Part shown: positions 26,615 through 39,892 of the stretch, piece by piece | How the letters are laid out: the number at the start of each line of letters is the position of its first letter | How positions within the stretch are numbered: position 1 is the first letter of the stretch | Source of the DNA: Octopus vulgaris | Taxonomy: Eukaryota | DNA length: 64,000 bases | Reading direction: 5' to 3' | NCBI GenBank assembly: GCA_951406725.2 | Contig: OX597815.1 | Location: 83,948,001-84,012,000 of the forward strand | Translations under genes and position numbers: made by a program | Notes under the pieces: generated by a model | Databases searched by the model: none | What the model saw: only the letters and a program-made list of their open reading frames with translations | What the model was told of the DNA's origin: nothing

Positions 26615-28379
26615 GCATACCTGCACGTACACACATACATATTTATATAACGGTTGTAATATAGTTTTTGCTTCTTATTTTTTTATCGTGTATTTTAAGA
26701 ACTCAATTTGTAAAACGTGTTTGTTTTGTATTTCATCTAACCTTTATAGTGAATAAAAAATATAATCATTTTTATTTTACAATTACTCCTATTATTGTTA
26801 ATTTAAAACTTAATACCAAGAAACGCATTTGTTTTGCCGCTTTAAATTAAACAAATTTCAAGTAAACGACACATGTGAAAGCACCACATGTATATCAAAC
26901 TTTTTACATAGAGTTCTTGAGTGCAATGGTATAAATTTATTTGTAAATTTGGGGATTGCGTTAATCAAAGTGCTTCATGTAAATGGTATTTTTTTCAATC
27001 TGTAAAAAATGTATAACAAAATATGTTAGATGACATAATGGGAATATATTGTAATGTTTGCTTAACATGCTTCATATACTTAGAGAACAGTACTATATAA
27101 ATTAAGTAATATTTTTATTTGGACACCCTGCAACGTAATTGTATGCTAATGAGTTCTTTTTTCAAGGTAAGAGGCCAAAATTGTATACCCTATTTTTTAA
27201 TAATTCAGTTTGCTGTTCTGTATGGGTATCCAGGTTTTGTTTAGATCCTCAAATATTGCAAGATGCAGTTGTTTATGATTATTACATAAAATATTGTTTT
27301 ACCTTAAAATCTTATAAAGACCACAGGGAAATTATTTAAATGGAAAAGTTCAACAATAAATAATACTACCGGCTACTTTGAAAGTGAGTTATATTGAGAT
27401 GAATTCTCCAGAGAAGAGAGCATATGAGATCACTTGCAGTATGGATGCAGTGTGAATTCGCAGGAAATACAAGTGCAAATTTGTTTCTTTTTATGGCATA
27501 ACAATTGTGTTGTTTTTGATGTTGTTTCTATTGTTGTTGTTTTGATTGTTGATGTTACATCGTTGTGCAAACTTACCGTAAAATATCTCTTTGTAGTCAT
27601 ATCTTTGGGCTAATTCTCCCATGTGTCCTTCAATTTGCTTTTTGTATGCTGAAGTGTAATTTGAGGCTACATTTACCACATACAAAATCCTTTCTTTGCT
27701 TGGAGGTTGGTGGCTGTTTTCACAGTTTTATGTGTGAAGTAATGAACTGCAAGATCCTGAAACTATAGTGGAATTCTTGCACGAGTTCTGTTTCTAATTT
27801 AGGCCATAAGACAAAAGTTACAGTTGCAGTTTGTCTAGAATGAAATTTTATACATTGTATTTTGTGGTAAAGATCCTTAATTATCATTTCAGAACTTTTT
27901 TGATTACTAATAAAAGTCTTCCAAATGGTAGCCGATTAATGTTCTACATATCGTTGATTGTTACGCATTCTTTTATTCATGTGGTCCCTGTACTTGTAGA
28001 TATATATGATGACTGACATTTCTTTGCAGAACAAGGTCATCTCTTCAGTTAGTAAATGCAGTGTCGTGAGATCTCATATGACGAGCAATTTCAGCTTTTG
28101 ACAAACAGAACCTCCTGCAGATGTTACAAACATTTTCAGACAGAAAAGTGTCTAGGATTGAAGTCAAGTCCTGCTTAAAATGTGTCCGTTTCAAGACGGA
28201 TTATTTAATTGACCGCGTTTCAAATGTTTTATAGATAGAATAAAAGAGAAAAGAGAAAGAGAATAAAAAATTGTAAATCCCTTTTTTGGCAACCGATCGA
28301 TTTTTCAACAACATTTTTCAACAACACAAAGTGCTTAAGATTGCTGTTGACGTCATCGTAAAAATGTTTCTGAGGTTAA

Positions 28380-29100
28380 CGTTTATCACGTTGCAGCATC
28401 CCATAAAACTGATTATGTAGCCTGTCATTCTGCATCCCATAAAGGTGCCCCGATGAAACGCATCTGATTGCACATGAGGCATTTCAATACTGGATGTGTA
28501 GGCTTGCTCCCGAAAAAAGCTGTCTAGTATAAGAGACTGCCATTTGATGTTTTACATCCTCCCAAACCAAGTGTGACGGAACCTTTCCAAATCCTTGATG
28601 TGAAGATGAAATGTAGTCCAAGACTCGGAAGAGTATAAATGGACAGTTAAGACATATGATTCATTGCCACTGATCTTGGTTTTGGTGGTAATACCTCTGT
28701 CAGACCACACACGAGTTTTGAATCCTCCAAATACTTTGCCGGTTTTCCGACCCTCAGATTTATTTCAGACACAGGGGATTCATCTCTAGAGAGATCGCTG
28801 CTAAGGTAGACGAGAGAATTGACCGCCGCCAAACTCGCAACCAGGAAGAAGTCATTAGGTTCGACAAAGGGCTGGCCTGGAAACTGAGAGAACATGATGT
28901 TGAGAAGAAATCCATTATAGCCTGGAAAGTCTTCCATTGTGTGTTAAAGCGTGTTACATAAAAGATGTTTTTTGTGGATCTTAAGCGAATGCAGACACTG
29001 ACACCATAGTCCCAGAAAACGTAGTAGATACTTACAACAAAACATATGGAAAAATGTCACCGACAGCTCGACAATGCTATAGATTATGGGCCACTGTTTT
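28380..29100 (-). mobile_element. RTE-clade LINE, RT C-terminal relic
   Basis: VWSDRGITTKTKI, VLTVHLYSSESWT...HIKDLERF and EINLRVGK match the RTE/BovB-like post-RT region; frameshifted. Confidence 0.88.
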
Positions 29101-29557
29101 ACAGAATGCGAAGAGATCTGAGGCCCAGAATTTCCTTATCCGGTTGTAATATTTTTAGTGATACATGCCTTGTTATATGTACCATAGTAAGATATGTTTT
29201 ATCTACCCTAGGTACCTGTACATTTCTCATCTGATATAGGAGAAACAGTTAATTGATGGAGATGCAGCTAATCGAATTTACTGTTTTCCCTCTTTTCAGA
29301 ACCATATAACAACATTTATCCTGACCAAATTCCAACCACATAACCTTTGACAATGCTGTTTTTCATCTCATGCACATTCTTGGCATATAGTTTCAAGTCA
29401 TCCACAAAGAAACGGTGTGTAATTTTGATAAACTTTGTGAATGAGTATAATACTCTTCAGATATCCACAGCTTAAACATGTATGTATGCATGTATGTATG
29501 TATGTATGTATGTATGTATGTATGTATGTATGTATGTATGTATGTATGTATGTATGT

Positions 29558-30108
29558 CAGGTCACTTTCGAGGGCTACTGGTAACATGTAACCCAGTACT
29601 ACATGTTGCATGGTCGGGTCGTCGGTGACTAAACCGGCAACCCCACCAAGCTCGCTTGGTGAGGAGGGTGTTTATTGGTCACCCTGCGGGATGAAAAACA
29701 AAACCCGTCAAAGGGCGGAGGAACTCTTAAGAGTCAACGGCCATCCAATAAATGTCTTAAAGCTGTATCATGAGCGGGGACATAGAAATAATCGGATTGA
29801 ATACCCGATCGCGCAGTTAAACCATTGGGAGTGAAGGACTCCTAGCCTTTGTCAGGGCATCCTTCTAGGAGAAGGCAACTCAGGTAACTGGGATAACTCC
29901 GACATAAAACCTGCGGCTCAGTGGATACCGATGATGTTGACTTGTTCTTCTTTTCGGATTATGGCTGCTGTTGCTCAGTGAGTGGGATTGACTCAGTGCA
30001 CAGCCTTTCCTCACTTAAAAAAATATCTTCTTGCACAGGCATTGCACGATAACAACAATGATTAAGATTCTTGCAATGGCCATACTCGATAATGAGGAGG
30101 CAGCCACC
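29558..30108 (+). mobile_element. GC-richer structured interspersed repeat, possibly an RTE-type 5' UTR / non-autonomous element
   Basis: Sharp boundaries inside (TATG)n on both sides; contains hairpins; gggcatccttctaggagaaggcaactc resembles RTE 5' regions (from memory). Confidence 0.5.
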
Positions 30109-30404
30109 ATGTATGTATGTGTGTTTGTATGTATGTATGTATGTATGTATGTATGTATGTATATATGTATGTGTGTATGTATGTATAAACCTGAGTTCAG
30201 CGTCCCGCAGTCTGAATGTCGAATTCTCAGAAACAAAAGAAGGCGTTCGAGAAACCCACATTGCTATTCCTTTATTTCTGTATGTGTGCTGTGCATGTGA
30301 AGTGTGTTTGTGTGCCTTTGTATATGTTCTCGTGTATGTATATAAACATTAATATGTATGTATGTATGTATGTATGTGTGTATCTATCTATCTACTCTAT
30401 CTAT

Positions 30405-30464
<60 letters not shown>

Positions 30465-30467
<3 letters not shown>

Positions 30468-31349
30468 GGTGCGGTGAATAAACTATTGTCTAAATTACGC
30501 AAAAATGAAAACATTGACATCTCATTTTAGCAGTTATATTTACCAAAACTACATAAAAATATCTTGAAATAGCAAACAGTAAATTTATTCAGTAAAATCG
30601 CAATTGGCTTCAACTATGGCATCCAGACGAGTTTGGAATCTCCTGGAAATCTTCTGGATGGTCTCCTTGTTTAAGTTGGTAAATGCTACTATAATTCTTG
30701 CCTTCAATTTATCTTTGGTGTTACAAAGAGTTTTATTGGCCTCTCCCTCAACTGCATCCTACACGTAATAATCAAAGGAGTTGCAGTCTTGGAAGACAAG
30801 TGGCCAGATGTTAGGGGTGATGTGGACGCAGGAATTGTCTGACAGCTATGACTGGGTTCTCCTGCTTGTGTGGCATGGTGTAGAGTGCTGTTGCCAGACA
30901 TAGTATCTTACAGTAACCACCTTCTTGGCCCAGGGCAACACTACCTCCTCTAGGCACTTGAAGTAAGCCTCTGTGTTGAGTTTGAGGCTGTGTGGGAAGA
31001 TGAATGAAGGTATAACGTTGCCATCACTAGTGATCATTCGAAACACCATGATGCTAACTAGATGTTTGATTTTTATCATTCTCGGTACATGTCCTCAGAT
31101 TACGCTGTCCCCAGATTGACACGTAAACACTTTAAAATGTTCGTATTGGAGCTTCCGGCGCGAATGACAACCAGTACAGCATGTCATTCCCATATTGTGG
31201 TACAGTTACTACCGTCATGGCGCTGTTTCTCTCACAGATAGTGCCCAACTGACCCTACTATACTGTGTAGTCGACAAAACTAAAATCAAGCAATGTGTAT
31301 GCGCGAAATTAGAAATATAAAATGTCGATAATTAACCTATGGCATCCCG
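30465..31349 (-). mobile_element. maT/DD37D-like Tc1-mariner transposon, internally deleted, both termini present
   Basis: IMVFRMITSDG...LEEVVLPW...WQQHSTPCHTSRRTQ and an IWP...PDCNSFDYY-like motif; imperfect TIRs each flanked by TA. Confidence 0.82.
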
Positions 31350-32528
31350 TATACACACACATGCGCACGCACACACATGCACATATATATATATGCTGGC
31401 GTGCTTATGCATTTCAGTAGTCACCATTCATATTTTTTATGTTTATCTAACGCATATTTAATTATATATTATCTTATGCGTTTCTCTGTTTAAGAAGGAA
31501 GATTTTGATTATAAAGATATCTGTATCTCATCGTTAGTATGTCGATCGTAGTTGCATATGCGTCCCTTTTGGCAAATACTTGGTGTTTGAGGAGCAAATA
31601 TAGAACAGCTATTGCAATACGCCACCATCTATCTCACTGTATCACAATTTCCTTTAATAGCATACATACACATGACCTGAGATATGCGAATAAGTGATAT
31701 ATTACCAACAAAGCTACGGAAGCACATCGTGGTGAATATCTTATCTTCACACGGTCAAAGAATATTTCTTTTACTTCTTTACTAATAAAAAATCATTAGT
31801 TAACACAAACATTAGTTTCTATATACAGTAATAGAAGATGTGATCCATTGATAGGTATTTTGGAATTGATAGATGAATATTTGATAAGGAAAAACAAAAC
31901 AAAAAAAAACGAGAAAACGAAAAATAATTACAAATAAATTTTTTAGATATAACGATATAGGTGAAAGGAATAAAAAAGATTACGCAGCTCCTGAGAGCGA
32001 AGAAAGAATAATGTTCATCAGACAGGGTCCAAATAGCTGAAATATTGACAGTACTAGTCAAGTGAATGTAATGACGTGTCACAACAAGGTGAAAGTAATT
32101 TAGATTCGAAATCTACGATTATTATCAGTGAAAATTAGAAAACTCAATAAAAGGTGTTTTTTTTCAATATCAAAGTTTTCCCCTGGGCAAAATATTCCGT
32201 AACAGAAACAGGTGGGCTGCAGATATATTTAAAGACATTACAAAAGAGATGTAATTATGTGAAAGCTAAAGGCTGTGATACAACTCGGTAAGAGGTGCAA
32301 GGCAATTAGAGTGCTTTATTTTTCGTGGCAACGGAAAGACGGTCGATACAAAGGGCTAGGATATAACCTCTCGAACAGAAAGTAGAACACGTTTCTTAGA
32401 AAGACACACATAATAGATGTTTTTTCTGCATCACGTTAATGTATTCATACTAGTCCTAAAATGTAGTTAAAAACCATATATACGCATGCTTAAATTCATG
32501 CGCAAACACACATGCATACGTACATATA

Positions 32529-32562
<34 letters not shown>

Positions 32563-32692
32563 GATGTTTTTATAGACATATATATGTATATATGTATATC
32601 TATCTATACGCACACACCCACACACATATGCGTAGTGAGAGAGCAAGAAAGAATTAAGTAAATATATGTGTAAGCAACTGCATGTACATATG

Positions 32693-32732
<40 letters not shown>

Positions 32733-34204
32733 TGTGTGTTTCTATTCACATACATACCTAAATAGATGGAAAGGCTAAATACTAAAGTTTATCTCTGTAT
32801 TCATCTGAGTATAGATTTCTGTTTATCTTCTTATCTTTCACATATCCAGTGGTATATCTTTACTTAGAGACACATATACGTAAAGCATACTAGAATATTT
32901 AATGTATCTGCTTGATAATCATAAGGTCTTTACGTTTCATTGTAATGTACTGCACCTTGTCAAAGTATTTCTGCAGTAAACATCTCACCAATTATACTCA
33001 TCAAACATGGATCGCTTCGATTTCTCTCATAAAACATAGTTCACCCCAAGTTTTATGAGTTGAAGACTTTTGAATGTGCAATATATGTATTTGAAAGTGT
33101 CAGCCTTCTCACACTATGTAACACACTGATGATATTTGCAAAAACGTTTAAGAGTAAAAGTGTATCTGGTGTGTAATAAAATGGATGGTTATATCCGCTG
33201 AGCCAACCATTGAAATTCACGTCGAACATCGTGACGGAATTTTCATTTATCTTTCACGCAAATCAATCAAGCACACGTACTTACACACACATTTACACAT
33301 GAAGGTGGGAGTACATGTGTTCGTGATTGTGTGTGCGTAAAACACTATATTAAAAGGTTATATGTTTTTTACTTTTACTCTTGTTTCATATAATGGACTG
33401 CAACAATGCTGGGGAACTCACTTCATTCAGATTTTTTCAGTCAATATTACTAACCACATAACCAATATTTATTTTAATCTATTTTTTATTCTAGCCCCCT
33501 CTGTTCGCTGAATGGCTAGGTAGGCACGTAAGTAAGTAAAGCAACTCGACAAATCTTTTCTGCTATACGTAAACACAGATACCGATGCACACATTCACGC
33601 ACCCGCGCACACACTTACGCACGCATGCATGCTCGCACATTGATATACATATCTCGTTAGAGCATTGAGTAGAATGCTTCGCTATATTTGTTCCGTCTTC
33701 CTATGTTCTAAGTTCGGACATTGGCGTTTGTCACTAGAAAAATATCAGGCCTTTCAAAACCATTGAAAATCGATGGGGAAACCTGGAACATTTATAAATA
33801 AGTACACAAGTAATTTAGCTGATCACTCTCAATGTCTCAGAAGGACAGCGCAATAAATTTCAGGAATAAAGGCAATGAAACCTGTACACATATAAATTAG
33901 CGAATATATGTATGCGATTAAAAATGGGCTGCAGCGCGGCTCACTGCTAAATTAACAATGTGGCTCAACTCTTAGCAATGCATGTTTGTATACGTACCAT
34001 AACGTAAAGTGTAAAATTATGCATACTTAACATTACATTCAAATTTCATTATCATATATTTTTAGCTGATTATAAGTGAAGGTTCAAATTTCAACAAAGC
34101 ATATCTAGAAAATATATTTTAGATTCAATTTTTTTTAATCATGCGCGTTGTAGATTTGCTCTTTTGTCTTACCAGATCTACTATCATAAATTATTTTATC
34201 CTTT

Positions 34205-34330
34205 TTCAAATAGGTTTCACATTTTGGTACAAGACCAGCAATTTGGGAGGAGTTAAGGTAATTACATCGACCTTAGTTCTCATCTGCTACATTAGAAGTC
34301 AGAACTAAAAGACGGACGAAACACCGCTGC
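34205..34330 (-). mobile_element. SINE family 1 fragment
   Basis: ttttggtacaagaccagcaatttggg...attacatcgacc...gacggacgaaacaccgct matches the family. Confidence 0.65.
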
Positions 34331-34369
34331 GCTTACAGACACAAACACACACGTTAGTGTGTGTGTGTT

Positions 34370-34413
<44 letters not shown>

Positions 34414-34578
34414 TATGTATGTGTAATTTAAATGGTCAGCCGTTTTCCATTGTGTCTTATGCTGAATATTTCCTGAGAAGTAAGATAAGAGTACGCGTGT
34501 CTGTGAAATGCTCACAAGCAGGCAACCGAAGAGCCAAGCGGTATATACCTGTATGAATGTGTGTGTGTGTGTGTATGC

Positions 34579-34610
<32 letters not shown>

Positions 34611-35387
34611 ACCTGTGTGCGTGCGCGTTCGTTTATATGGGTGGTTCTGAGCTTCTAGGACAACTGCTCTCCACAACTTCCACGTGGCACACCTGGTATT
34701 ATTTAACAGTTGATCAGACACATAAAAAAAAAGCATTCACCTACAAAAGTCATAGAACTGCTGGAAATAAATGTAGGCGTTATGTGTCTATGTTCTTAAA
34801 TGCCGATAGGAATTTTGTGGAATATTCTCGATATTCTTGTTTTAAAATTTTGGTGTATGTGACCAACAAAAGTAGGAGTTGCTATCATACACAAATATAC
34901 TCTTGTTCTTCCTCCGCACCTAAAAAATATACTGCACCACTTTGTCATGTAAATTGCCTCCAGTTGTACACTGTTCTCAAATTATCTAGGAAACCTGATG
35001 AATGTTTTCCCGCTCACTTTGTAAAAGTATGTATATGCATTTTTATAACACACACCAGATCAGATCTCTTTAAAAGTCTACGACTAAAATTGTGTAATCT
35101 CCCCTAGTTTCATAGTCGCTCTATACAAATACCAAGTGCTTAAAAAGAAATTAAAATACAGGAATTTTTATAGAGAGGTAACTCAAGTGCTAAAGACGAA
35201 CAAATGTGAAGGCGGTGCTCCAGCTATGCTTTGGCAGTGATAGCTAAAATACTTAAGAGTATGCACATACATATGTATATATGCTTTGTATATAAATGTA
35301 AATGAGCGTGTATGTAAGATTATACGCATAGATACGTATATATGCATAAATGTATATGTATATATGTATATTATGTATCCTTATATA

Positions 35388-35444
<57 letters not shown>

Positions 35445-36689
35445 TACATAAATATATACATATGTACATGTCGGTGTGTCAGTGTTTGTATGTATATAGA
35501 CTTATATGCATAAATATTCATACATATATATTTATGCACACACTGAATCACATAATATGAGAGAGTAAAAGCCGTACACTCGCAAGAGAAACCCAGTAAG
35601 GAAGTGCAATCATTACATTATATTGATTTAATCAATACCTCTGTACAGTTTGAAAATCAATTACCTTTATTAAAACTCATTAATAATTTAATGTTTATTA
35701 TTAAGTGCAGGCGAATGACTCATCCTAATCTTTGGATCCTCTATTTATGCCACGATTGAAATATTTTTATACTTTTTAATGTTCATATCTTTATTTATTC
35801 CTTTTCGTTTCTCTCAAATATATTTCACACTTGCATGAAGGCTAGTTCTAGACCAGTTACTGCACCGGATGTATTTCATATCTTTCTTGGATATCCTGCG
35901 TGTTAAAATGCAACAATCAGTGTAACATTTTGGAAGTAATATATTGTGTTGCTCTTGAATGTGTTATTGTTTTTTGCTTTCTTTTATACAACATTTGAAA
36001 TTAATACACGTGGTCGATGATGAATTTACGGCTGATGAAATACGAGATGGAACACTGATAAATGATAACAGAAAAGCTTAGCTAATGATTGCAAAGGAAA
36101 TCATTACAACCGTTTCGTTTGGAGTGTTTCTATTAGCACATTTAGTTCGAGCAAGTTTTGCCTATTCAAAAATGTTACGCTTCAGTGATATACGAGCGCA
36201 ACCGTTACGGAAAATAACTTTTCGTTCGATTAGTTTACTAATTGCATGCAAATGACTACTTGTTTAAGCATAATATATTTTACTTATTTATTTTCCTTTT
36301 TTCTTTGCCCTTTTTTACTATTAAAACGTATCAGGATGTTCACACTGCTGCATGTTTCATTAAAGATGGTGCTTTCACCGAAAGCGTTCCTCGGTGATAG
36401 TAAGACTCAATATTTCTTCGATCACGAGAGTTCTAGCTGAATACTATTGATATTTAGTGACGTATTTGTTATGGTGACTTTCTCTTGATATGAGGAGTGT
36501 CCTCAGTATTTTGGTTACAGAAGAGTAGCGTCTAGACTGCGTGTGAATGATGCTTATTTTAGGAAGGATAGAGATCAATGAAAGATGATATAAACTGCGT
36601 AAGCGTAGGTGTTGATGATTGTATGTTTTAAGTGGAACTGTAAATATGGCGTACGATTATGGTTAGAGTATCGAGGAAGAGTAAGCCAA

Positions 36690-36900
36690 CAAGGTCAGCA
36701 AGCTCAGTTCTGTCATACAATGGTGATATTCTAGCAACCTCATGCCATATGAAAGGGCACCGCATGCATGAAGAATTAATTCTATGAATTCATCTCCAAC
36801 GAATTGGACGCAGCTGCTGCTGTTAGCAACCAATATTGCATTTGCTAGATGTAAAACTACACATTGATAGAGGAGGCAAGTAATATCCACACAAAATACC
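36690..36900 (+). mobile_element. Possible RTE LINE 3' coding relic
   Basis: KGHRMHEE...QPILHLLDV loosely resembles the RTE C-terminus (GHxxRM...RPxLRxxD). Confidence 0.3.
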
Positions 36901-37179
36901 GACGAGGAAATTTTTCATATTTATAAAACACTACAACCACCAACTAGTTAAAATTAAAAACCTTGTCGCAAATATCAGTAGAAGTCCCAATGTCTCGGTG
37001 AGCACAAAGAGCTCTAATAGGGTCGTCCCCACTATAAAAAGGCAGAAGTGGGGAGTGGATTTACCGAGAAGACTGTGTATGTGGACTATAACAAATAGAA
37101 AGTGAAATGATATATATGGAGTATAGCAAATACCAAATGAGCTAAAAAGAAAAAAAAATGTTTAAACATCTATTCAATC

Positions 37180-37600
37180 TAGGTATTTTTACTAATATTC
37201 CTATGAGGTTTCTGGCGCTGATTAACAAGCATTTTCCACAAAAATATACAGATCTTGATGTTAGAATTCCCATTGCATCAATGTTAGTAAAGTATGCTTA
37301 GATAATACACACTCCAAAATTGCACACTAGAACAGGAAGTAAACGCAAGTTACACAGCATTCCGCCCACAATCCGATCTGTAACCTCAGAACTTCTACCA
37401 ACTGCCCAATGGGAGGATCCTGTCCCCAAAAGGCTATGGTCAATAAAACCACCGTCACGCGATGATCATGAGAGCCAATGATCCTAATGGAAGCCAAATG
37501 CAACATATTCATTCCTTTGTGTGCAGAACAAGGAAAACACCTCTGTCCTGCTTAATGTGGAAACTTCGATGACGTCAAAACATTTCCCCAACATCACGTG
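37180..37600 (+). pseudogene. Penelope-like (Neptune/Naiad-type) linker, Zn-finger and GIY-YIG relic
   Basis: TNIPMRFLALINKHFPQK (from 37191), CNLRTSTNCPMGGSCPQKAMVNKTTV (from 37379; ~CNCRxxxxCPLxGxCxxxxVVYKATV), HIHSF...LSCLMWKL. Confidence 0.75.
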
Positions 37601-37757
37601 ATACAGCCAATTATTTTCATAATTTAAACGATACTCAGATTAACTTTGCCATTCTATTCTTGGTCTATATAATTCCCATTTGTAATATATAAAGTATAGG
37701 GAACTTGGCGGTTAACCCCCAGAATAGTTAAGATATATGCCATTGTACTACCTATAG

Positions 37758-37848
37758 CAGTGGTTCCCAACATTTTTATAGTGGTCCCCAACAGTGGCTC
37801 CCCACACTTTTATTTAAATGAGTTTTCCCACAGACCCGTTTTAATATG

Positions 37849-37889
<41 letters not shown>

Positions 37890-37969
37890 CTTTGAATTTA
37901 GTTTACGGACACCGAGTATTACCTTTTTGGACCACCAGGGGTCCGCGGACCTCAGGTTGGGAGCCTCTG
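37758..37969. mobile_element. hAT (Charlie-like) MITE
   Basis: TIRs cagtggttcccaac / gttgggagcctctg; candidate 8-bp TSD acctatag / gcctattg (6/8 match). Confidence 0.8.
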
Positions 37970-38045
37970 GCCTATTGCAATAAATTAATGTGAAATTTTG
38001 AACTGGTTCTTAAATTTAACCTTGAGGTGTGTATACAGAATAGAG

Positions 38046-38302
<257 letters not shown>

Positions 38303-38621
38303 GGTTATTTATATTGTTTCATTCTGAAACTTTTACTTTGTATATATTAATAAATTTTTCCTCTTTTTTTTTTGAGTTTGCGCGAGACTTTTGATTGTAT
38401 ATTAAAGATTTTTTTAATTAAAAATTATCGATGGCTTTTGATATTTTATATATATTATTTTCCTATTTGCATAAAACTATATACAATAAACGATATACTA
38501 CAGACAATAAAGTTAAAACATCTAACTTCTGTAACTACTATAATAAATATTAAAAATTTAGAATTAATTAGATTAAAGTCCAAACATTATTATGTAGTTA
38601 TTATTTTATCAAAAAAAAAAA

Positions 38622-39265
38622 TAGGCGGCAAACTGAGAGAATTGTTAAAGCGTCTGGCAATATGTTTTCCAATAACTGTTCTGGATTTTTACAATCTGAG
38701 TTCAAATAGCACCAAGATCTACCTTGTACTTCATCTCATCTCTTGGGTCTATAATGTTAAGTTCCTGGTTTGATACAATCGATTAATTCTCACCCGTAAA
38801 TTTTAGGTTTTGTTTCTATTTTACAAACAATTATTATTGCATTGACAAGGATGCACAGTATCGTTAAAGTGTCGGTCAAAGTGATTCGTGGTATAATTGT
38901 TGTGTGTCTTGCTACGTTATGACTTCAAATCCCAGGCGAAGTTAATTTTTACTTCTATCTTCCCCTGTTGTTTACAAAAAGTACTAATCAAATATTGCTG
39001 TCGATTAAATTGGATATAGCAAGACATAAACATTTCTTTTATTAGGACTGTTATAAATCAAGATTTAATTTGGAAAACGTGTTTTTCATTTGTTTAGGGA
39101 AGCCTTATGTCCTGCGGTTATATCGTGCCGAGATCTGCTCTCTCTCAATCTTCCCCACGTTCGAAAAATAAATTATCAGTCAAATACTGCCACGATGTAA
39201 TCGACTCGATTTCTCACCTCACTATAAGTTTCTAATCTGGGCTTACGTTGGAAATTTTTATATTC
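38622..39265 (+). mobile_element. Cluster of about three old tandem SINE family 1 copies
   Basis: Repeated degenerate ctgagttcaaat...ttcatc...aagtac...aatcga modules. Confidence 0.6.
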
Positions 39266-39507
39266 GCATTAAAAGAGGGCTGTTTGCATAGAGTATCAGT
39301 TGAGAGAGCTTGCAATACATTTCTATGTTTAAGAGATGAGGAATTATTTACATTTTTTACATTATTTACATTTGATGGATGTTTGTCCTCATCTTGTTTG
39401 TTGTTAACACACCGTTTCGGCTGATATACCCTGCAGCATTCATCAGGTGCCTTGGGGAAATTTCGAACCTGTGTTCTTATTTCTAAAGTATTTTTCGATG
39501 TTATCAT

Positions 39508-39540
<33 letters not shown>

Positions 39541-39590
39541 AATGATTATTATTATTATCATCATTAATAACCACTACGCCATATGCCGAT

Positions 39591-39666
39591 GGACATATGG
39601 CGTAGTGGTTAAGCTCGCGGGCTACTAACCCCAAGATTCTGAGTTCGATTCCAGGTAATGACCTGA
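39591..39666 (+). promoter_or_regulatory. tRNA-derived Pol III internal promoter of the family-B SINE
   Basis: A box TGGCGTAGTGG, anticodon-like stem GGG-ctactaa-CCC, B box GAGTTCGATTCC. Confidence 0.8.
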
Positions 39667-39758
39667 ATAATAATAATAATAATCATCATAATAATAATAA
39701 TAATAACAACATCAAAAAATTCCTTAGGAATGAGAACCCATGTTCGAAATTCCCTCTA

Positions 39759-39804
39759 GACACCTGATGAAGGCTGGAGTGTATATCAGCCGAAACGTTG
39801 TGTT
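39759..39804 (+). ncRNA. Intact-looking minimal type I hammerhead ribozyme (family B)
   Basis: GACAC-CTGATGA-A-GGCTG-gagtgtatat-CAGCC-GAAA-CG-TT-GTGTT: canonical core, 5-bp stems I and II, palindromic ACGT stem III; predicted cut between 39799 and 39800. Confidence 0.82.
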
Positions 39805-39892
39805 AACAACAAACAAGACGGGGATAAATATCCGTCCAATGTAAATAATGTAAATAAAGAGCTTGCAATATTTACCTACCATAATTGTTATC

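Larger units (their letters stand above)
39318..39857. mobile_element. Family-B HHR-SINE, head-to-head fold-back insertion with 13-bp TSD
   Basis: agagcttgcaata at 39305-39317 and 39858-39870. Left arm is an antisense copy with a shortened head; right arm (39591-39857) is a full sense copy. Confidence 0.9.

Noticed and set aside
26850-28200. Possible decayed DNA-transposon sequence (ggacaccctg end motif)
   Set aside because: I could not recover a second terminus or convincing transposase motifs.
33026-33059. 10-bp inverted repeat ctcataaaac/gttttatgag
   Set aside because: Short enough to arise by chance in AT-rich sequence.
34508-35107. 199-aa ORF
   Set aside because: It begins in a TG repeat, has no recognisable domain and lacks convincing splice context.
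39591-39666. Functional tRNA gene
   Set aside because: The acceptor stem does not close, there is no oligo-T terminator, and it is fused to a repeat tail; treated as a SINE head.
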